Made by a program: the position numbers and the translations under genes. This document shows positions 38,464-40,849 of a stretch of DNA of 40,849 nucleotides, one piece after another. Source of the stretch: Octopus bimaculoides (lineage: Eukaryota); NCBI RefSeq assembly GCF_001194135.2, contig NC_068988.1:43358203-43399051 (forward strand). Reading direction: 5' to 3'. The stretch's first letter is position 1; every line of letters starts with the position of its first letter. Under the pieces are notes generated by a model. It had not been told where the DNA came from and ran no database searches. It saw nothing but the letters and a program-made list of their open reading frames with translations.

Positions 38464-39055
38464 ATANNNNNNNNNNNNNNNNNNNNNNNNNNNNNNNNNN
38501 NNNNNNNNNNNNNNNNNNNNNNNNNNNNNNNNNNNNNNNNNNNNNNNNNNNNNNNNNNNNNNNNNNNNNNNNNNNNNNNNNNNNNNNNNNNNNNNNNNNN
38601 NNNNNNNNNNNNNNNNNNNNNNNNNNNNNNNNNNNNNNNNNNNNNNNNNNNNNNNNNNNNNNNNNNNNNNNNNNNNNNNNNNNNNNNNNNNNNNNNNNNN
38701 NNNNNNNNNNNNNNNNNNNNNNNNNNNNNNNNNNNGATCTGATATTTTGGAGATGTTCTTTGTTGATTTATTTTGCTTGATATTTTTTTTATATATGTGT
38801 GTGTATCATGTGGCTGTGTTTGTGTGTGTATGTGTATGTGTGTGTGTGCGTCTTTGTATTTTGGCCCACCCACCGTTTGGCGATCGGTACTCTTGTAACT
38901 TAGCATTTGTTTAAGAGAGTCCGATAGAATAAGTACCAGGCTTTAAAAAAGCTGTATTTGGGCTGATACATTCGTGTAAATATTCTTCAAATGCGTGCTC
39001 CAGCAAGGCCGCAGTCTAAATGACTGAAGCAAATGAAAGATAACAGATAAAAAGA
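38260..39055 (+). mobile_element. OR-type SINE, apparently full length (5' half 38260-38420, microsatellite plus gap, 3' half 38851-39055)
   Basis: 5' half: cacatggttccgggttcagtcccattgcgtagcaactt..gtgagtggatttcgtagacggaaactgaaagaagcc. 3' half: gtaacttagc..gtccgatagaataagtaccaggc..gtgctccagcaaggccgcagtctaaatgactgaagc..aaaaga. Because of the gap at 38467-38735, the halves could belong to two separate copies. Confidence 0.8.
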
Positions 39056-39070
39056 TGCCGATATATTATA

Positions 39071-39160
39071 CATTTCACGTTGCACCAGTCCACTCGGCTG
39101 GCAAAAGAAACCCGGAAACCGGGCCAATGAGCCTGGCTAGGCTTTAAAAAGGGCGCATTT
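39071..39160 (+). mobile_element. Internally deleted 3' remnant of a third octopus SINE family
   Basis: catttcacgttgcaccagtccactcggctggcaaaa is joined to gaaaccgggccaatgagcctggctaggctttaaaaagggcgcattt. I recall both motifs from a common octopus SINE consensus; there is no second copy in the window to confirm this. Confidence 0.55.
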
Positions 39161-39490
39161 AATAATTTTTTTAATTTAATTATAATAATTACTAAATAGT
39201 AATAGATCATAATTATAACATATGGAAACACACGCACATACACACACAAAACACACGAACATATATGAGCACACATATGACTCATGCTTATATATATATA
39301 TCTATGCGTGCATGTACTCACACACACACATACACTCACACACACATAGACATGCAATGAATTGTAATACAGGATCGTATATGCAAACATTTTAAGTGAT
39401 GTCTCCTGCTGACATTCTGATCGAGTGATGGCTGTTCGACTCAGTATCAGGTCTGAGCTGTTGTGGAAGTGGTCGGAGATATACAACCCC

Positions 39491-39537
<47 letters not shown>

Positions 39538-39742
39538 NNNNNNNNNNCTCTCTCTCTCTCTCTCTCTCTCTCTCATTCTCTCTTATTCTCTCCATTATAT
39601 ATATGTATGTATATATGCATTTATGTATGTATATATATATATACATATATATTTATATATATATGTATATATATAAAAATACGTTAGATATATCTATACG
39701 CACAAACATATTGTGTGTATGCACAGTGTCACTGTTTGCCTG

Positions 39743-39789
<47 letters not shown>

Positions 39790-39890
39790 CTCTCTTTCTC
39801 TCCTTCTCAGTAACTTCCAGCAGTGCTCACTCCCTCATGCTTTCTTTCCTTCTGTCTTTGTCTGTTCCTCTTTCTCTCTCCATTTCTCTC

Positions 39891-39925
<35 letters not shown>

Positions 39926-40440
39926 GCATTTGTCTATGCATCTACCTCTATGGCTGTGTATTCGATATCGCGACGTGCATGGAAATGTCGATGGAAAAAG
40001 AGGAAAAGTCTAATTAGAAGGGTAAAATAGTCGAAAAAAATGCACGTGTGTGCACATGAATCCCTAGATAGACTACACCTGAATATTGAAATAAATATAG
40101 TGGTTGGTTATTGTTTGAATGCTGTTGGTCAAAGGTGTAAAATACCGAGCATGACCTTGGACTTAAGCCCACCACAAGTCACCCCATTTCTTCTGTCTCC
40201 GCCGCCTAAACCATCAAGCCCAACGCTAACCTAACCGTGACCCTCACTACCACCGCCATTCTAAAGAACAACAACAGGAATCCGCTGCACACACGGCCAT
40301 ATACGCTATCCTACCACAGAAGTCTTCCAGTTCACCATTATCGCTACCATCACCACCATTGCTATTAGCAACGACCCTCTACGAATACTAGCGCCCACAC
40401 CACGACAAAACACTAATACAGCTGCTACCTTCCCCCACAG

Positions 40441-40515
40441 ACCCAGACTCCATTAACACATGACCACCTCCACTTGACCGGAAGAAGGAGGCTGTCAATG
40501 GTTATGAAGTCTAAA
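40441..40515 (+). CDS. Candidate 75-nt internal coding exon (phase 0-0), peptide TQTPLTHDHLHLTGRRRLSMVMKSK, gene unknown
   Basis: Branch-like cactaat at 40411-40417, acceptor taccttcccccacag ending at 40440, donor AAA/gtaagt at 40516. The length is a multiple of 3 and only phase 0 is open. I recognise no homology. Confidence 0.35.
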
Positions 40516-40849
40516 GTAAGTTTTCTCGACAGTAACAATGTAATCCCCACACAAGATGTGTGTATATATATATATATTTATATACGTGTATGCTTCTCTG
40601 TGTGTGCGTGCACGCACGGGTATGTGCGTGGTGTGTGTGTGTGTGTACATGTCTTTATCTGTCTATCATGTACACAAATAAAGATTCTGTACATATTTAT
40701 TAATTTCTTATTGTATATTCATATATCTGTACTCTTATATGTTTCAAAATGTGTCTACACGGTTCTCTCTCCTATATTTGTACATTTATCTACTTATTAT
40801 TAAATATTAGTATTTATATATGTATGTATATATATATATATATATATAT

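Larger units (their letters stand above)
1823..39547. other. 20 assembly gaps (about 8.1 kb of N), mostly flanked by (TA)n or other simple repeats
   Basis: N runs at 1823-1962, 3756-4074, 4819-5056, 7589-8370, 11623-12253, 12660-12820, 14999-15108, 15760-16606, 17406-17600, 18164-18552, 21068-21706, 23250-23820, 25683-26130, 26888-27126, 31849-32343, 34645-35067, 35677-36167, 37074-37768, 38467-38735 and 39538-39547. Confidence 0.99.

Noticed and set aside
1-40849. CRISPR arrays, rRNA, intact tRNA, conserved bilaterian miRNAs, intact transposase or RT genes
   Set aside because: None seen. The repeats are microsatellites or SINEs, not repeat-spacer arrays, and I noticed no recalled mature miRNA sequence by eye. 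The gaps (about 20%) cannot be assessed.

Overview
This is gene-poor eukaryotic DNA: AT-rich, saturated with microsatellites, and about 20% N (20 gaps, about 8.1 kb, mostly opening at simple-repeat tracts). The interspersed repeats match octopus SINE families as I recall them (tRNA-derived OK/OR-type SINEs, Ceph-SINE-like), so the window is most likely an intron or intergenic stretch of a draft Octopus assembly; I ran no database search to confirm this. Nearly all ORFs in the six-frame track are artefacts of microsatellites or N-run read-through. Supported content: about 12 copies or fragments from at least three SINE families (two with target-site duplications), a decayed RTE-clade LINE ORF2 fragment (24484-24720, minus), a LINE-like 3' end with an (AAT)n tail, a 237-bp foldback/MITE-like element, a probable non-autonomous Helitron 5' end, two decayed minisatellites, and one plausible 75-nt coding exon (40441-40515, plus). 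I found no intact gene, RNA gene or CRISPR array, and no convincing novel multi-gene system. The findings concern transposon architecture, a candidate exon and a recurring YY1/Pho-like motif.
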